Positions 1 through 9,479 of a DNA stretch of 37,540 nucleotides are shown here, one piece after another. Each line of letters opens with the position of its first letter. Within the stretch, counting starts at the first letter, position 1. The position numbers and the translations under genes are program-made. The notes under the pieces are model-generated. The model had not been told where the DNA came from. It saw only the letters and a list, made by a program, of their open reading frames with translations, and did no database searches. Source of the DNA: a virus. The DNA lies in IMG/VR virus record IMGVR_UViG_3300045988_171251. One strand, given 5' to 3'.

Positions 1-119
1 AACCTGTTTCTGAATGGCTTGAACAGTTTAAAAGTCCATTTGCGGTTATTTCGTCTTATGAAGACATTCAGGAACTTTTAAGCGATTCAAATACTCCAAC
101 TGTAAAACCAAAAAAAAAC
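1..119. repeat. Terminal direct repeat: 1-119 is identical to 37422-37540, an assembly overlap that closes the genome into a circle.
   Basis: Base-by-base match of the first and last 119 nt. Position 120 onward and the base before 37422 diverge. Confidence 0.9.
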
Positions 120-146
120 AATCGAATGAAAAAGAAGAACCGGTAA
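1..146 (+). CDS. Tail assembly chaperone (gpG-like), 3' portion. It continues the ORF that starts at 37205, wrapping through the terminal overlap, and stops at TAA 144-146.
   Basis: Open frame with codons starting at 3, 6, ..., in phase with 37205..37540 through the 119-bp overlap. It lies between the major tail protein and the tape measure gene. Confidence 0.75.
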   Translation, partial: PVSEWLEQFKSPFAVISSYEDIQELLSDSNTPTVKPKKNNRMKKKNR

Positions 147-325
147 CGTTTCAAAAACTGATGATTGCATGCCTGAGAATAGGACTAAGTACATACGACA
201 TATATAGAAGTGATGTTGGTGAACTTTTGGATATCATCATCACTTTTAATAATGTAAATGATGCAGATCAATCTGATTCTAGAAAGGTACGTCAGGCAAC
301 TCAGCGTGACTTTGACAGATTTTAA
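113..325 (+). CDS. GT extension of the tail assembly chaperone, reached by a -1 programmed frameshift at the slippery heptamer A_AAA_AAA (110-116). It stops at TAA 323-325.
   Basis: A run of 9 A's at 110-118 sits near the end of the G ORF. The -1 frame (coordinates congruent to 2 mod 3) is open from 113 to 325 (KKQSNEKEEPVTFQKLMIACLRIGL...DFDRF) and ends 15 nt before the TMP ribosome-binding site. This is the canonical G/GT position. Confidence 0.65.
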   Translation, partial: KKQSNEKEEPVTFQKLMIACLRIGLSTYDIYRSDVGELLDIIITFNNVNDADQSDSRKVRQATQRDFDRF

Positions 326-340
326 TGAAAGGAGGAAGTT

Positions 341-3073
341 ATGGCCAAAAGTAAATTACAAGGTATTACACTTGAAATCGGCGGTGATACTACCGCACTT
401 TCAAAAGCATTAAAAAAACCAAATACCGAAGCATATGAATTACAGGGAAAACTTAAAGCAGTAAATCAGGCTCTAAAAGTAGATCCTACAAATATCGAAT
501 TACTTGCTAAGAAACAAAGGGTACTAGGTGAAGCTGTCGACAAAAATAAAGAAAAACTCAATATGCTAAAAGAAGCACAGCAGCAGTTTATAGACAGTGG
601 CAAGAACATTGACAGTGCTGAATACATAGAGCTGGAAAGACAGATCAAAAATACTGAACAGACTATAAAAAGACTTAGTGAACAGCAAAATGTATTTAGT
701 GAAAAGGTACAGGCTTTTGGAATCAAAGCTGAAAAAATGGGAACTAACCTCGAAAATGCTGGAAAGAAACTAACACCGCTCAGCATAGGTCTTGCCGGTG
801 TCGGTGGTGCAGCTACAAAAGTTGCAATAAATTTCGAAGATGCTATGTCTCAGGCAGCAGGGGCTTTAGATATTCCTGTTGGAAAGATGAATGATTTGCG
901 CGAACTTGCAATTCAGGTAGGACAGGATACTATCTTTTCAGCCAGTGAAGCCGGTCAGGCAATGACAGAACTTGCAAAAGGCGGGTTGAGTGCAGCTGAT
1001 ATAAAAGGCGGAGCGCTGGTTGCTACAATGGATCTTGCAGCATCATCACAAATGGATCTTGCCAATTCAGCGAATGTTGTGGTACAGGCTATGGGGGCTT
1101 TTGGATTAACCGCCGAAGATGTATCAGTAGCTGTAAATGCACTTGCTGGTGCTGCGGCAGCCTCATCAACTGACGTTGAGCCGCTTACTCAAGGTCTTGC
1201 TCAATGCTCTGCTCAGGCAAACAATGCCGGATGGTCCATTCAGGAAACAACAGCAGTACTTGGAAAATTTGCTGATGCCGGTATTGTAGGTTCAGATGCA
1301 GGTACGTCATTAAAGACTATGCTTCAAAGGCTTGCTGCTCCTAGTTCAGACAAAGCGGCAGAAAAGATTGAACAGCTGGGAATCAAAACGAGAGATTCAA
1401 GTGGAGAAATGCTAGGAGCTACTGAAATTGCTCAAGAACTTCAAAATAAACTAGGCGGGCTTGATGCAGCAACACGTGATGCTGCACTGCAAACCATTTT
1501 CGGCAGTGATGCGATGCGTGCTGCTACCGTTTTAATGAACAGCGGTGCAGAAGGACTTAAAAAATATACTGATGCAACAAATGATCAGGAGGCAGCTTCC
1601 AGACTTGCTGATTCTCAAATGAGTGAGTATTCCCGTGCAATCGAGGAAATGAAAGGCTCTATCGAGACGGCTGCAATTGCAATAGGTGGAACACTTGCCC
1701 CGATAGTTTCTGATGTTGCAAAAGTTATAACAGAGCTTGTGAACAAATTTTCTGCTTTGTCTCCGGCTACTCAAAAAGTTATAACAGTAGTAGGTTTGAT
1801 TGTGGCTGCACTCGCACCAGTCCTTATAATTGCCGGAAAAACTGCTCAGGGAATATCGAATATAATCAATCTTGGTACAAAGCTCGGACCGTCGTTTACC
1901 AAAGCATCAGGGATAATCAAAAGTGCTTTTGGCAGTATAGGAAAAGCAGTTTCGGGTGCTTTTAGTGCAATAACAGCACATCCTGTAATTGCAGCGATAA
2001 CAGCAATTATTGCAGTTGTTGTTCTGCTCTATACAAAATGTGAATGGTTTAGAGATGCGGTCAATGGGGTAATAAAATCTGTTGTAAACTTTTTTCAGGG
2101 GCTTGTCGACAGTATAGCTCTTTTTTTTACTGAGACAATACCGCAGAAAATAGAAGAATTCGTCGCGTTCTTTCAGTCTATCCCGGAAAGAATTGGAGAG
2201 TTTGTTAATGGAATAGTTACCTGGTTCAATGAACTGCCTTATAAAATTGGATTTGCTGTTGGACAGATAGTAGGTCATATCGTTCAGTGGGGAATTAACC
2301 TTTCAAACTTTATGACAGTAACAGTTCCTCAATTTATAAACAGCATAGTAACCTGGTTCTCACAGCTACCCGGAAAAATATGGGAATGGCTTGTAAATGC
2401 ATGGAATAACGTAATTCAATGGGGAACTAATACATACAACAGTGCCGTTGAGTGGATAAGTAAGACAGTAGACGGTATAATCAACTATTTCAGTCAGCTT
2501 CCAGAAAAAATGTGGAACTGGTTGTCGAATGCAGCAAATAAAATTGTTCAATGGGGACTGGAACTTTGGAACAAAGGAAAAGACGCCGCAGGAAAACTTG
2601 TCAGTGCAGTAGTTGAAGGTGTTAGTTCACTTCCTGGTAAAATGCTTGATATCGGAAAAAATATTGTTGAGGGAATCTGGAATGGAATAACAGGAATGGG
2701 AAACTGGCTCAAGGATAAGATATTTAGTTTTGCAGATGGCTTTTTGGGCGGTCTTATGAGTGCATTTGGAATACATTCACCGTCTAGACTTATGCGAGAT
2801 CTTATCGGTAAAAACCTTGCTGCCGGTATCGGTGTTGGTATTGAAGAAAACAGCGAACTTGCATTAAAGCCTCTTAGTCAGCTGCAGAGAGAAATGACAT
2901 CGTCATTTACACCAGATGTTAATGCAACAGTATCAAGGGCTCTATCTATGGATAGTAAGGCAGTAATAGAAATCCATAATACTGTTCCACTTGATGGTAA
3001 GCCAATCTATCAGAATATTGAACGCAGGATGACAAAGGTACAGCATTCTAAACTGGTATTTAAGGGGGTATAG
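341..3073 (+). CDS. Tail tape measure protein (910 aa).
   Basis: SD AAAGGAGG at 330-337. N-terminal coiled coil, central hydrophobic/TM segments, and C-terminal tandem ~40-aa Trp-containing repeats (LPxKIWxW...QWG). Sits after G/GT. Confidence 0.9.
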   Translation: MAKSKLQGITLEIGGDTTALSKALKKPNTEAYELQGKLKAVNQALKVDPTNIELLAKKQRVLGEAVDKNKEKLNMLKEAQQQFIDSGKNIDSAEYIELERQIKNTEQTIKRLSEQQNVFSEKVQAFGIKAEKMGTNLENAGKKLTPLSIGLAGVGGAATKVAINFEDAMSQAAGALDIPVGKMNDLRELAIQVGQDTIFSASEAGQAMTELAKGGLSAADIKGGALVATMDLAASSQMDLANSANVVVQAMGAFGLTAEDVSVAVNALAGAAAASSTDVEPLTQGLAQCSAQANNAGWSIQETTAVLGKFADAGIVGSDAGTSLKTMLQRLAAPSSDKAAEKIEQLGIKTRDSSGEMLGATEIAQELQNKLGGLDAATRDAALQTIFGSDAMRAATVLMNSGAEGLKKYTDATNDQEAASRLADSQMSEYSRAIEEMKGSIETAAIAIGGTLAPIVSDVAKVITELVNKFSALSPATQKVITVVGLIVAALAPVLIIAGKTAQGISNIINLGTKLGPSFTKASGIIKSAFGSIGKAVSGAFSAITAHPVIAAITAIIAVVVLLYTKCEWFRDAVNGVIKSVVNFFQGLVDSIALFFTETIPQKIEEFVAFFQSIPERIGEFVNGIVTWFNELPYKIGFAVGQIVGHIVQWGINLSNFMTVTVPQFINSIVTWFSQLPGKIWEWLVNAWNNVIQWGTNTYNSAVEWISKTVDGIINYFSQLPEKMWNWLSNAANKIVQWGLELWNKGKDAAGKLVSAVVEGVSSLPGKMLDIGKNIVEGIWNGITGMGNWLKDKIFSFADGFLGGLMSAFGIHSPSRLMRDLIGKNLAAGIGVGIEENSELALKPLSQLQREMTSSFTPDVNATVSRALSMDSKAVIEIHNTVPLDGKPIYQNIERRMTKVQHSKLVFKGV

Positions 3074-3075
3074 AT

Positions 3076-3774
3076 ATGTACTATATTTCACTGGATGATG
3101 TTACATCAGTTCAGATGGGACTTGCTGTAACAAAACGACCGGAGTTTCCAGCTCCGGTTAAAAACTACAAAGAATACAGTATTCCGGGCAGAAACGGGAA
3201 ACTTTATGAAGACATGGGCACATATGAAGATATACAGTTTGAAATCGAAATGAACTATATATCTTCTGAATACCAGTGGGGTATTAAATGGCACGAGGTT
3301 AAAAGATGGCTGTTTAAAAGCGGACATAAAAGACTATCGTTCAGTGACTGCCCTGATATTTACTACCGTATAAAAAGAATAGAACTCAGTTCAAATGAAC
3401 GCAGAGTGATAGAGAGCGGAGAGTTTACAGTTACCGTCACATGCGATGTATATGCTTATCTTAAGACTGGTTTAAAAGAATACGATATAGAGGATATTCT
3501 TTTAAACCGCCATGACGAAGCCGAACCTGTATATATCTTAAAAGGTGAAGGAACATGTATTTTAAATGTTAACGGGAATGAGTGTAAATGCAATGTCGGT
3601 CAAAATCTTACAATAGATACTGTTTTAAAGGTATCATACCGGGAAGACGGCACTTTACAAAACAGTGCTATCAATGCTGATTATGATGCTCTTATGCTTG
3701 TAGAAGGAAAAAACAGTATTACAATAACAGAAGGATTTGAGCTTAAAATAATACCAAACTGGAGGTACTTATAA
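3076..3774 (+). CDS. Distal tail protein (Dit, siphovirus tail component family).
   Basis: Immediately follows the TMP. Sipho_tail-like motifs (GLAVTKRP..P..K....IPGRNG, RLSFSDCPDIYYRIKRIE). SD AAGGGGG. Confidence 0.75.
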   Translation: MYYISLDDVTSVQMGLAVTKRPEFPAPVKNYKEYSIPGRNGKLYEDMGTYEDIQFEIEMNYISSEYQWGIKWHEVKRWLFKSGHKRLSFSDCPDIYYRIKRIELSSNERRVIESGEFTVTVTCDVYAYLKTGLKEYDIEDILLNRHDEAEPVYILKGEGTCILNVNGNECKCNVGQNLTIDTVLKVSYREDGTLQNSAINADYDALMLVEGKNSITITEGFELKIIPNWRYL

Positions 3775-5855
3775 TGATACAGGTTTACAGCCCTGAAAAT
3801 GAAAACTATGATATGAATGGTGATGCGGTCATTGAAGCAGAAAGCTGCGAAATTGAGTTTGAGATGAACAGTGCATGGGAGCTTGAACTAACTGCACCAT
3901 CTGAAAAAAATAAAGAGATACTCGTATATGAAGCAGTGATAAAAGTACCTACACCATATGGAAAACAGCTTTACCGTATCTATAATGTGCAGAAAGATGA
4001 TGACAGTATTACAGCATCTGCAAGACCTGTATTCATGGATGCAAAAGATGAAGTAATGGTGTGGGATACAAGACCGACAAAGGCTGATGGGCAGGGAGCT
4101 ATGGATTCTATATTCGATCCTGAGGGGAAGTATCATGGCCATTCAGATATAAAACTAGTTTCAACTGCATACTGGCAGCAGAAAAATGCTGTTGAATGTC
4201 TAATGAGTGATGATGAGAACTCATTTCTTAACAGATGGGGAGGGGAAATTTATTTTGATAATTTTGATATCTACATAAACGAAAGAATTGGAAGCGATAA
4301 TGGTCTGCGTGCTGAGTTTGGTTTCAATCTTACCGGTGTAGAAGAGAAAGTAGATATGAGCGAAGTAGTTACGATGATATTTCCTAAAGCGTACAACGGA
4401 TATATGCTTCCAGATAATGAAAGCATAAACAGTCCACTCCTAAATAACTATCAGAAAAAATACAAACGGATAATTGAATATCCTGATATTAAATTATCTG
4501 CCGATGTTCAGGAAGGTGATGAGTTAAATGGTGTTACGGTATGCGATACACTGGAAGAACTATATTCAGCACTGAGAAAAAGAGCTGCAGAAGAGTATGA
4601 AGCGGGCATTGACCTTCCGAAGATTGCCTACAATGTTAGTATGATAGATCTCTCAAGAACTGATGAATATAAAGAGTATATTGGACTATTGAAAGTGGTA
4701 TTGGGTGATAACGTTCATGTGAAACATCGAAAACTTGGTGTCGTTACGAATGCAAGAGTGATTAAAATGACCTATGACTGTATAACCGAAAAAGTAGAAA
4801 GTCTGACGCTGGGAGATTATGAATCAAGCTATATTAATGATACAACGTCCATTATTTCTTCTGTTACAAATGCGATAAGTCCCGGAGGTACAGTTATAGC
4901 AGAAAAGATAAAAGGTGTAATAGATTTGCTTAATACATCACTAAGAGCGCAGAAAGACATTGCAAAAAAGCAGGATGTAAGAGCAATTCTGTTCGAGGAC
5001 TTAGATGAAGAAAGCTCAACTTTTGGTGCACTCTGCATAGGGACTCAGGGAATTCAAATATCAAAAAAGAGAAACGAGACTGATACTGACTGGAAATGGG
5101 GAACGGCTATAAACTTTGAAAGTATAGTTGCTGACTACATAATTACTGGTATTCTAAGTGACAGGAAGGGCAACAGTTACTGGAATATGGATAGAGGAGA
5201 GCTTGTAACAAGATATATGAAAGCAACTGACGCTGAGTTTTCAGGTACCGTAAAAGGTTCTAAAATCGAAGGCGGAGAAATAAACGGAAGCAGTATATCT
5301 ACAAATAAGGATATTACGATAGGAAGAAATATATATTTTGCCGGCAATGGTGATTATGCCGCAATAATGGGTGGAAATACAGTGCTTAGATTTTTATCTT
5401 CAAATCCTCCTACTACTTCTGTAGACGGAACTAATATTCAGCTGTTGGCTTCAAATCATATTTTCCTTAGTGGTTCGAGTATTTCTTCATCAGTTCCAAT
5501 AAATGTCGGATCCGACATACGTTTAAAGAAAAATATCGATGATATAGATATATCCGCCCTTGTTGATGAAATAAAAATAAAAAGCTTTGATTATATAGGA
5601 AAAAGAAATAATGTTGTTGGTGTAATCGCAGATGATTTGAAAGACAGCAGATTTGCTGAGTACCTGATTACAAAAGATAAGGATGGTTATTTGTCTGTAG
5701 ATTATAATGCATTAGCAATGGCGTGCATTCAGAAGGTACAGAAACTTGATAAAAAAATAGAACTTTTAGAATCGGAATTAGTAAAAATGAAAAGTTTGGA
5801 GGTGGATAATCTTGGAAATAAAGATAAAAAGAAAGGAAGCCACGATAAGCAGTGA
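3774..5855 (+). CDS. Tail-associated lysin/tip protein (Tal-like) with a C-terminal intramolecular-chaperone (peptidase S74-like) domain.
   Basis: Sits after Dit. The N-terminal region matches the prophage tail endopeptidase fold. C-terminal ...SDIRLKKNIDDI...NVVGVIADDLKD...LSVDYNALAMACIQKVQKLDKKIELLESEL is typical of self-cleaving tail-fibre chaperone domains. Confidence 0.75.
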   Translation: MIQVYSPENENYDMNGDAVIEAESCEIEFEMNSAWELELTAPSEKNKEILVYEAVIKVPTPYGKQLYRIYNVQKDDDSITASARPVFMDAKDEVMVWDTRPTKADGQGAMDSIFDPEGKYHGHSDIKLVSTAYWQQKNAVECLMSDDENSFLNRWGGEIYFDNFDIYINERIGSDNGLRAEFGFNLTGVEEKVDMSEVVTMIFPKAYNGYMLPDNESINSPLLNNYQKKYKRIIEYPDIKLSADVQEGDELNGVTVCDTLEELYSALRKRAAEEYEAGIDLPKIAYNVSMIDLSRTDEYKEYIGLLKVVLGDNVHVKHRKLGVVTNARVIKMTYDCITEKVESLTLGDYESSYINDTTSIISSVTNAISPGGTVIAEKIKGVIDLLNTSLRAQKDIAKKQDVRAILFEDLDEESSTFGALCIGTQGIQISKKRNETDTDWKWGTAINFESIVADYIITGILSDRKGNSYWNMDRGELVTRYMKATDAEFSGTVKGSKIEGGEINGSSISTNKDITIGRNIYFAGNGDYAAIMGGNTVLRFLSSNPPTTSVDGTNIQLLASNHIFLSGSSISSSVPINVGSDIRLKKNIDDIDISALVDEIKIKSFDYIGKRNNVVGVIADDLKDSRFAEYLITKDKDGYLSVDYNALAMACIQKVQKLDKKIELLESELVKMKSLEVDNLGNKDKKKGSHDKQ

Positions 5856-6654
5856 CACTATAGAAATACCGGCACAGGGCAGTGCAAATATTCCGGTTAT
5901 TTTGGAAAAAGATTCATCGTACAGCAATTATATAAAAGAAGTCCACTGTGGATATTATTTAAATGGCGTATACTGCAAGGTTATACTGCCTATAGAAAAC
6001 GAAAAATATCTAATACCGCTTGAAGCCTTTAAATCCAGTGGTCCATTATATCTTGCAGTTGCACTTGTGAATGGCAAAGAAATAATAAAAACCAATCAGA
6101 TTAACTTTGTAGTAAGAGCTGCTCCAAACGGAAAAGTGATACTGCCTACAGAAAACGAATGGCATATCCTTGTAAAAAATTATATGGACAGTTTGTTTGA
6201 TAATGATTACGGAGACCGATTTGATGAGATAGGTACAAATCTTGAGGAACTGGCAGCAGAGGCAGAAAAACAGCAGAATAAGGCAGCTGAACAACAGACT
6301 GCTTTAGATAATAAGCTCAATGAATTATCTTCGTTGGAAGAAACTGTAAGTAAGAATGAAACAGTTCGTCAAAAAAATGAAACGAAGAGACAAAATGATA
6401 CCGCAGATGCAGTAAAAAAATGCAATGATACAGTTGATGAAATAAATACCAAGCTTGAAAACGGTGATTTTATCGGTGCGGTTGGTGCAACCCCTAAAAT
6501 TTCTATTGGAAATGTAACGACCGGCAATCCTGGTATAACAATACATGGAACACCTGAAGCTCCCGTACTGGATTTTACGATGCCGAGTGCCGGTGATCTA
6601 AGCTATGCAACTGATGCAGATATTGATGAAATGATTGTTGAAGTTTTTGGTTAG
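5812..6654 (+). CDS. Tail/baseplate protein with coiled coil. TTG start with SD GGAGGTGG. Carries a conserved C-terminal tail motif.
   Basis: SD at 5798-5805, then TTG at 5812. Coiled-coil middle. C-terminus ...LSYATDADIDEMIVEVFG is shared with the 7271..8377 protein. Confidence 0.6.
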   Translation: MEIKIKRKEATISSDTIEIPAQGSANIPVILEKDSSYSNYIKEVHCGYYLNGVYCKVILPIENEKYLIPLEAFKSSGPLYLAVALVNGKEIIKTNQINFVVRAAPNGKVILPTENEWHILVKNYMDSLFDNDYGDRFDEIGTNLEELAAEAEKQQNKAAEQQTALDNKLNELSSLEETVSKNETVRQKNETKRQNDTADAVKKCNDTVDEINTKLENGDFIGAVGATPKISIGNVTTGNPGITIHGTPEAPVLDFTMPSAGDLSYATDADIDEMIVEVFG

Positions 6655-6663
6655 GAGGCACAT

Positions 6664-7266
6664 ATGATCAATTATATTGATATCTTTTTAAAAGCTGATC
6701 ATTCTACTATAACTTCACGAAAGGTTGCGAACCAGTATGATAATGAAGTTACTGTCATTCGATTTTTAAATGATGATTTATTTAAAAATGATTATAAACA
6801 TGATCTTAAAATTGCATATAAGGGCAAGACAATAAAAGAGGTTCCGTTACATGGAAACTCTTTTATTATAACTGAGGACCTGACTGCTAATGCTGGGGTA
6901 TATACATGCACCATGATTGTCAGAGACAGCAAAGGACGAAGACGGGTAATGAATCCGTTTAAACTTGAAATAAATCAGGCTATGTTTACTAAGGATGTCG
7001 AAGAACTCCCTGTTGATCCGAATTTAGAATTTTTATATGACAAGATGCTTAATGCAGTAGAAGATTTGGAGAAAAGAGTAAACAACGGGGAGTTCGATGG
7101 ATTTAGTCCAGTTGTAGATGTAGTAGAGGATAATGTTGAAACTTACAAATTAAAAGTAACTGACAGATACAAAGAAATTATAACTCCAAATTTGAGACCA
7201 AGTTATAACTTCGCAAATGATGAAGATATAGACAATATTATAGAAAATATTCGAGGAGGAAGATAA
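6664..7266 (+). CDS. Tail protein (hypothetical). Its C-terminus carries a related DEDIDNIIENI motif.
   Basis: SD AGGAGG. Position in the tail/baseplate module. Ends ...SYNFANDEDIDNIIENIRGGR. Confidence 0.55.
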   Translation: MINYIDIFLKADHSTITSRKVANQYDNEVTVIRFLNDDLFKNDYKHDLKIAYKGKTIKEVPLHGNSFIITEDLTANAGVYTCTMIVRDSKGRRRVMNPFKLEINQAMFTKDVEELPVDPNLEFLYDKMLNAVEDLEKRVNNGEFDGFSPVVDVVEDNVETYKLKVTDRYKEIITPNLRPSYNFANDEDIDNIIENIRGGR

Positions 7267-7270
7267 AAAA

Positions 7271-8377
7271 ATGAGTAAAATTATTACAACTGATAATCTG
7301 CTTGATTTTGGACAGCAGTTAGCTGCCAAAGAGGATTTACTGCTTAATGGCAAAGTTGATAAGGTAGATGGGAAACAGCTGTCTACAAATGATTATACAA
7401 CTGCCGAAAAGAATAAACTAGCTTCTCTTAATAATTATACACACCCAACGGGCGATGGTAATATGCATGTTCCAGCGACGGGAACAACAAATAACGGCAA
7501 AGTTTTAAAAGCTGGTGCTGCCGCTGGCTCTATTGCCTGGGGGAATGTAACAAAAAGCGAAGTGGGACTTGGTAACGTAGACAATACAAGCGATTTAAAC
7601 AAACCTGTTTCTACTGCTACACAAAACGCTTTAGATGCTAAGGCCAATAAAACACATCAACACGGGAATGCGGATATTACGGGTATTGATGCAGGAAAAA
7701 TTAAAAGTGGTGTTATTGATATCGAAAGAATACCAAAAGGGGCATTGGAACGATGTATAGTTGTTGCTGATGATACCGCACGTAAAGCCTTAACCACTGC
7801 AACAGTACAAGTTGGTGATACGGTTAAGGTTACTGCTACGGGTCTGATGTATTTCGTTGTAGATGATACAAAATTATCTACTGATGAGGGATATGAGGTT
7901 TATACTGCTGGTGCTGCTACAAGTGTGCCTTGGAGCGGTGTTACGGGAAAACCGAGTACATTTACACCAAGTACACATACGCATGATGACCGTTATTACA
8001 CAGAAGCCGAAATGAATACCAAGCTGGCAGCTAAAGTTGATGTAGTCAGCGGTAAAGGGCTTAGTACAAACGATTATACTACGGCTGAAAAAAATAAATT
8101 AGCATCTCTTAATAACTATACTCACCCATCCTATACAAGCCGTGCAAGCGGATTATATAAGATTGTTGTAGATGCAACGGGACATATCAGCCAGGCTGCT
8201 GCGGTTACCAAAACAGATATTACGGCTTTAGGTATTCCCGCACAAGATACAACTTACAGTTTAGCCAGTTCTACTGCAAATGGTTTAATGAGTAAAGAAG
8301 ATAAAACAAAATTAGATGGTATGAGTTACGCTACAGATTCGGATATCGATGCTATCATTACAGAGATTTTCGGGTAG
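7271..8377 (+). CDS. Tail fibre protein with two copies of a 26-aa fibre repeat.
   Basis: SD GAGGAGGA. G(K)xLSTNDYTTAEKNKLASLNNYTHP occurs twice (nt ~7370-7447 and ~8051-8128). C-terminus ...MSYATDSDIDAIITEIFG. Confidence 0.7.
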   Translation: MSKIITTDNLLDFGQQLAAKEDLLLNGKVDKVDGKQLSTNDYTTAEKNKLASLNNYTHPTGDGNMHVPATGTTNNGKVLKAGAAAGSIAWGNVTKSEVGLGNVDNTSDLNKPVSTATQNALDAKANKTHQHGNADITGIDAGKIKSGVIDIERIPKGALERCIVVADDTARKALTTATVQVGDTVKVTATGLMYFVVDDTKLSTDEGYEVYTAGAATSVPWSGVTGKPSTFTPSTHTHDDRYYTEAEMNTKLAAKVDVVSGKGLSTNDYTTAEKNKLASLNNYTHPSYTSRASGLYKIVVDATGHISQAAAVTKTDITALGIPAQDTTYSLASSTANGLMSKEDKTKLDGMSYATDSDIDAIITEIFG

Positions 8378-8386
8378 GTGAACAAT

Positions 8387-9094
8387 ATGGACGATAAAAT
8401 TATAAGTACGCTAAAATTAAAACGCGCTTTAAATTCACTAAAATCTAAATTTATAGCAACGAATGGCGGTACATTAACTGGAAATTTAACTTTTAACAAT
8501 AACTTATCATTACTTCAAAAGAAAAATAACGGTAATACTGTAAGACTTTTAAAGCTGGATAATTCAAATATTCTAAACATCGGTGATACAGGATGTCAAA
8601 TAAACTTTAGTTCATCTAATAGGCCAAGAATAAACGTTGGACAAAACCCGTACGAGTTAGCATATATTAGTGATATTCCAACTAAACAAAAGATTATGGA
8701 TATGATTTATCGTGTTGGGGCTATATATATGAGCGTCGATTCTACTTCACCAGCCTCATTATTTGGCGGTACATGGGAAGCATGGGGTAAAGACCGTGTA
8801 CCAATTGGTGTTGGGAGCGATAGTGATTTTAATACCGTTGAAAAAACGGGCGGAAGTAAAGAATATGAACTTAGGGCATTGATAGGTGCAGTTGGAGGGA
8901 ATGTTAATACCATAGGCTATGACAGTGAACCCGTTGTATCGGGCTACGGTTCTTATGATATGGTGCTGGATGCTAGTGCAGGGGCTAAACCACAAGGAGC
9001 AAGCAATACTACCAGGGTTGTTAAAAGTGATGGTAAATCACCTACAACAGTACAGCCATATATAACCTGTTATATGTGGAAACGTGTTTCTTAA
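8387..9094 (+). CDS. Tail fibre tip / receptor-binding-like protein.
   Basis: ATG 8387 after an AGGTG SD (the ORF track's GTG at 8378 is the alternative). Motifs GGTLTGNLTFN and VGAIYMSVDSTSPASLFGGTWEAWG resemble fibre-tip domains. Last gene before the lysis cassette. Confidence 0.55.
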   Translation: MDDKIISTLKLKRALNSLKSKFIATNGGTLTGNLTFNNNLSLLQKKNNGNTVRLLKLDNSNILNIGDTGCQINFSSSNRPRINVGQNPYELAYISDIPTKQKIMDMIYRVGAIYMSVDSTSPASLFGGTWEAWGKDRVPIGVGSDSDFNTVEKTGGSKEYELRALIGAVGGNVNTIGYDSEPVVSGYGSYDMVLDASAGAKPQGASNTTRVVKSDGKSPTTVQPYITCYMWKRVS

Positions 9095-9106
9095 AGGAGA
9101 GCAAAT

Positions 9107-9478
9107 ATGAGAGTTTTTAATGAAGATAAAACACAGGAATTAAAAGAATATGATTTAAATAAAGGACATTTGGAACTGGATAAATTATTTATTAGACATC
9201 ACGAAGCTGTAGAAGAAATTAAGGAGCAATGGCACTACGAAACTATTGCGGAATATCCGAATGGTGGTAAGGATGTTGAAAAAATAATTGATGTTCCTTA
9301 TCAAGCCCCTAAAGAAGAGTATGACGAATATGAAGATATTTATGTTTATATTCCTTATACTGATGAAGAACTTGAAGAATTGAATAAACCAAGTGAATTA
9401 GAAATATTAAAACGAGAACAAGAAGTAACCGCACAAGCGGTTCAGGATTTAATTTTAACAATGATGGGTGGTGAGTAA
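9107..9478 (+). CDS. Hypothetical acidic protein in the XkdW-like position.
   Basis: SD AAAGGAGA. Lies between the fibre genes and the XkdX-like micro-ORF. Confidence 0.5.
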   Translation: MRVFNEDKTQELKEYDLNKGHLELDKLFIRHHEAVEEIKEQWHYETIAEYPNGGKDVEKIIDVPYQAPKEEYDEYEDIYVYIPYTDEELEELNKPSELEILKREQEVTAQAVQDLILTMMGGE

Positions 9479-9479
9479 A

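Noticed and set aside
110-118. The 9-A homopolymer as a sequencing error creating a false frameshift.
   Set aside because: It is possible, but the arrangement (G stop shortly after the slip site, open -1 frame running to just before the TMP start) is the canonical conserved G/GT programmed frameshift, so it is kept as real.
1-119. The 119-bp terminal repeat as a biological direct terminal repeat or phage genome end.
   Set aside because: It lies in the middle of the tail assembly chaperone ORF and far from terminase/HNH. It is exact to the base and ends with the window. The better explanation is an assembly overlap of a circular map.
466-2551. Minus-strand ORFs of 61-123 aa inside the tape measure gene (466..786, 1532..1774, 1907..2278, 2366..2551).
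   Set aside because: They are antisense to a well-supported 910-aa CDS. Their products are Cys/Ser/Phe-rich low-complexity and they have no RBS. They are typical shadow ORFs.
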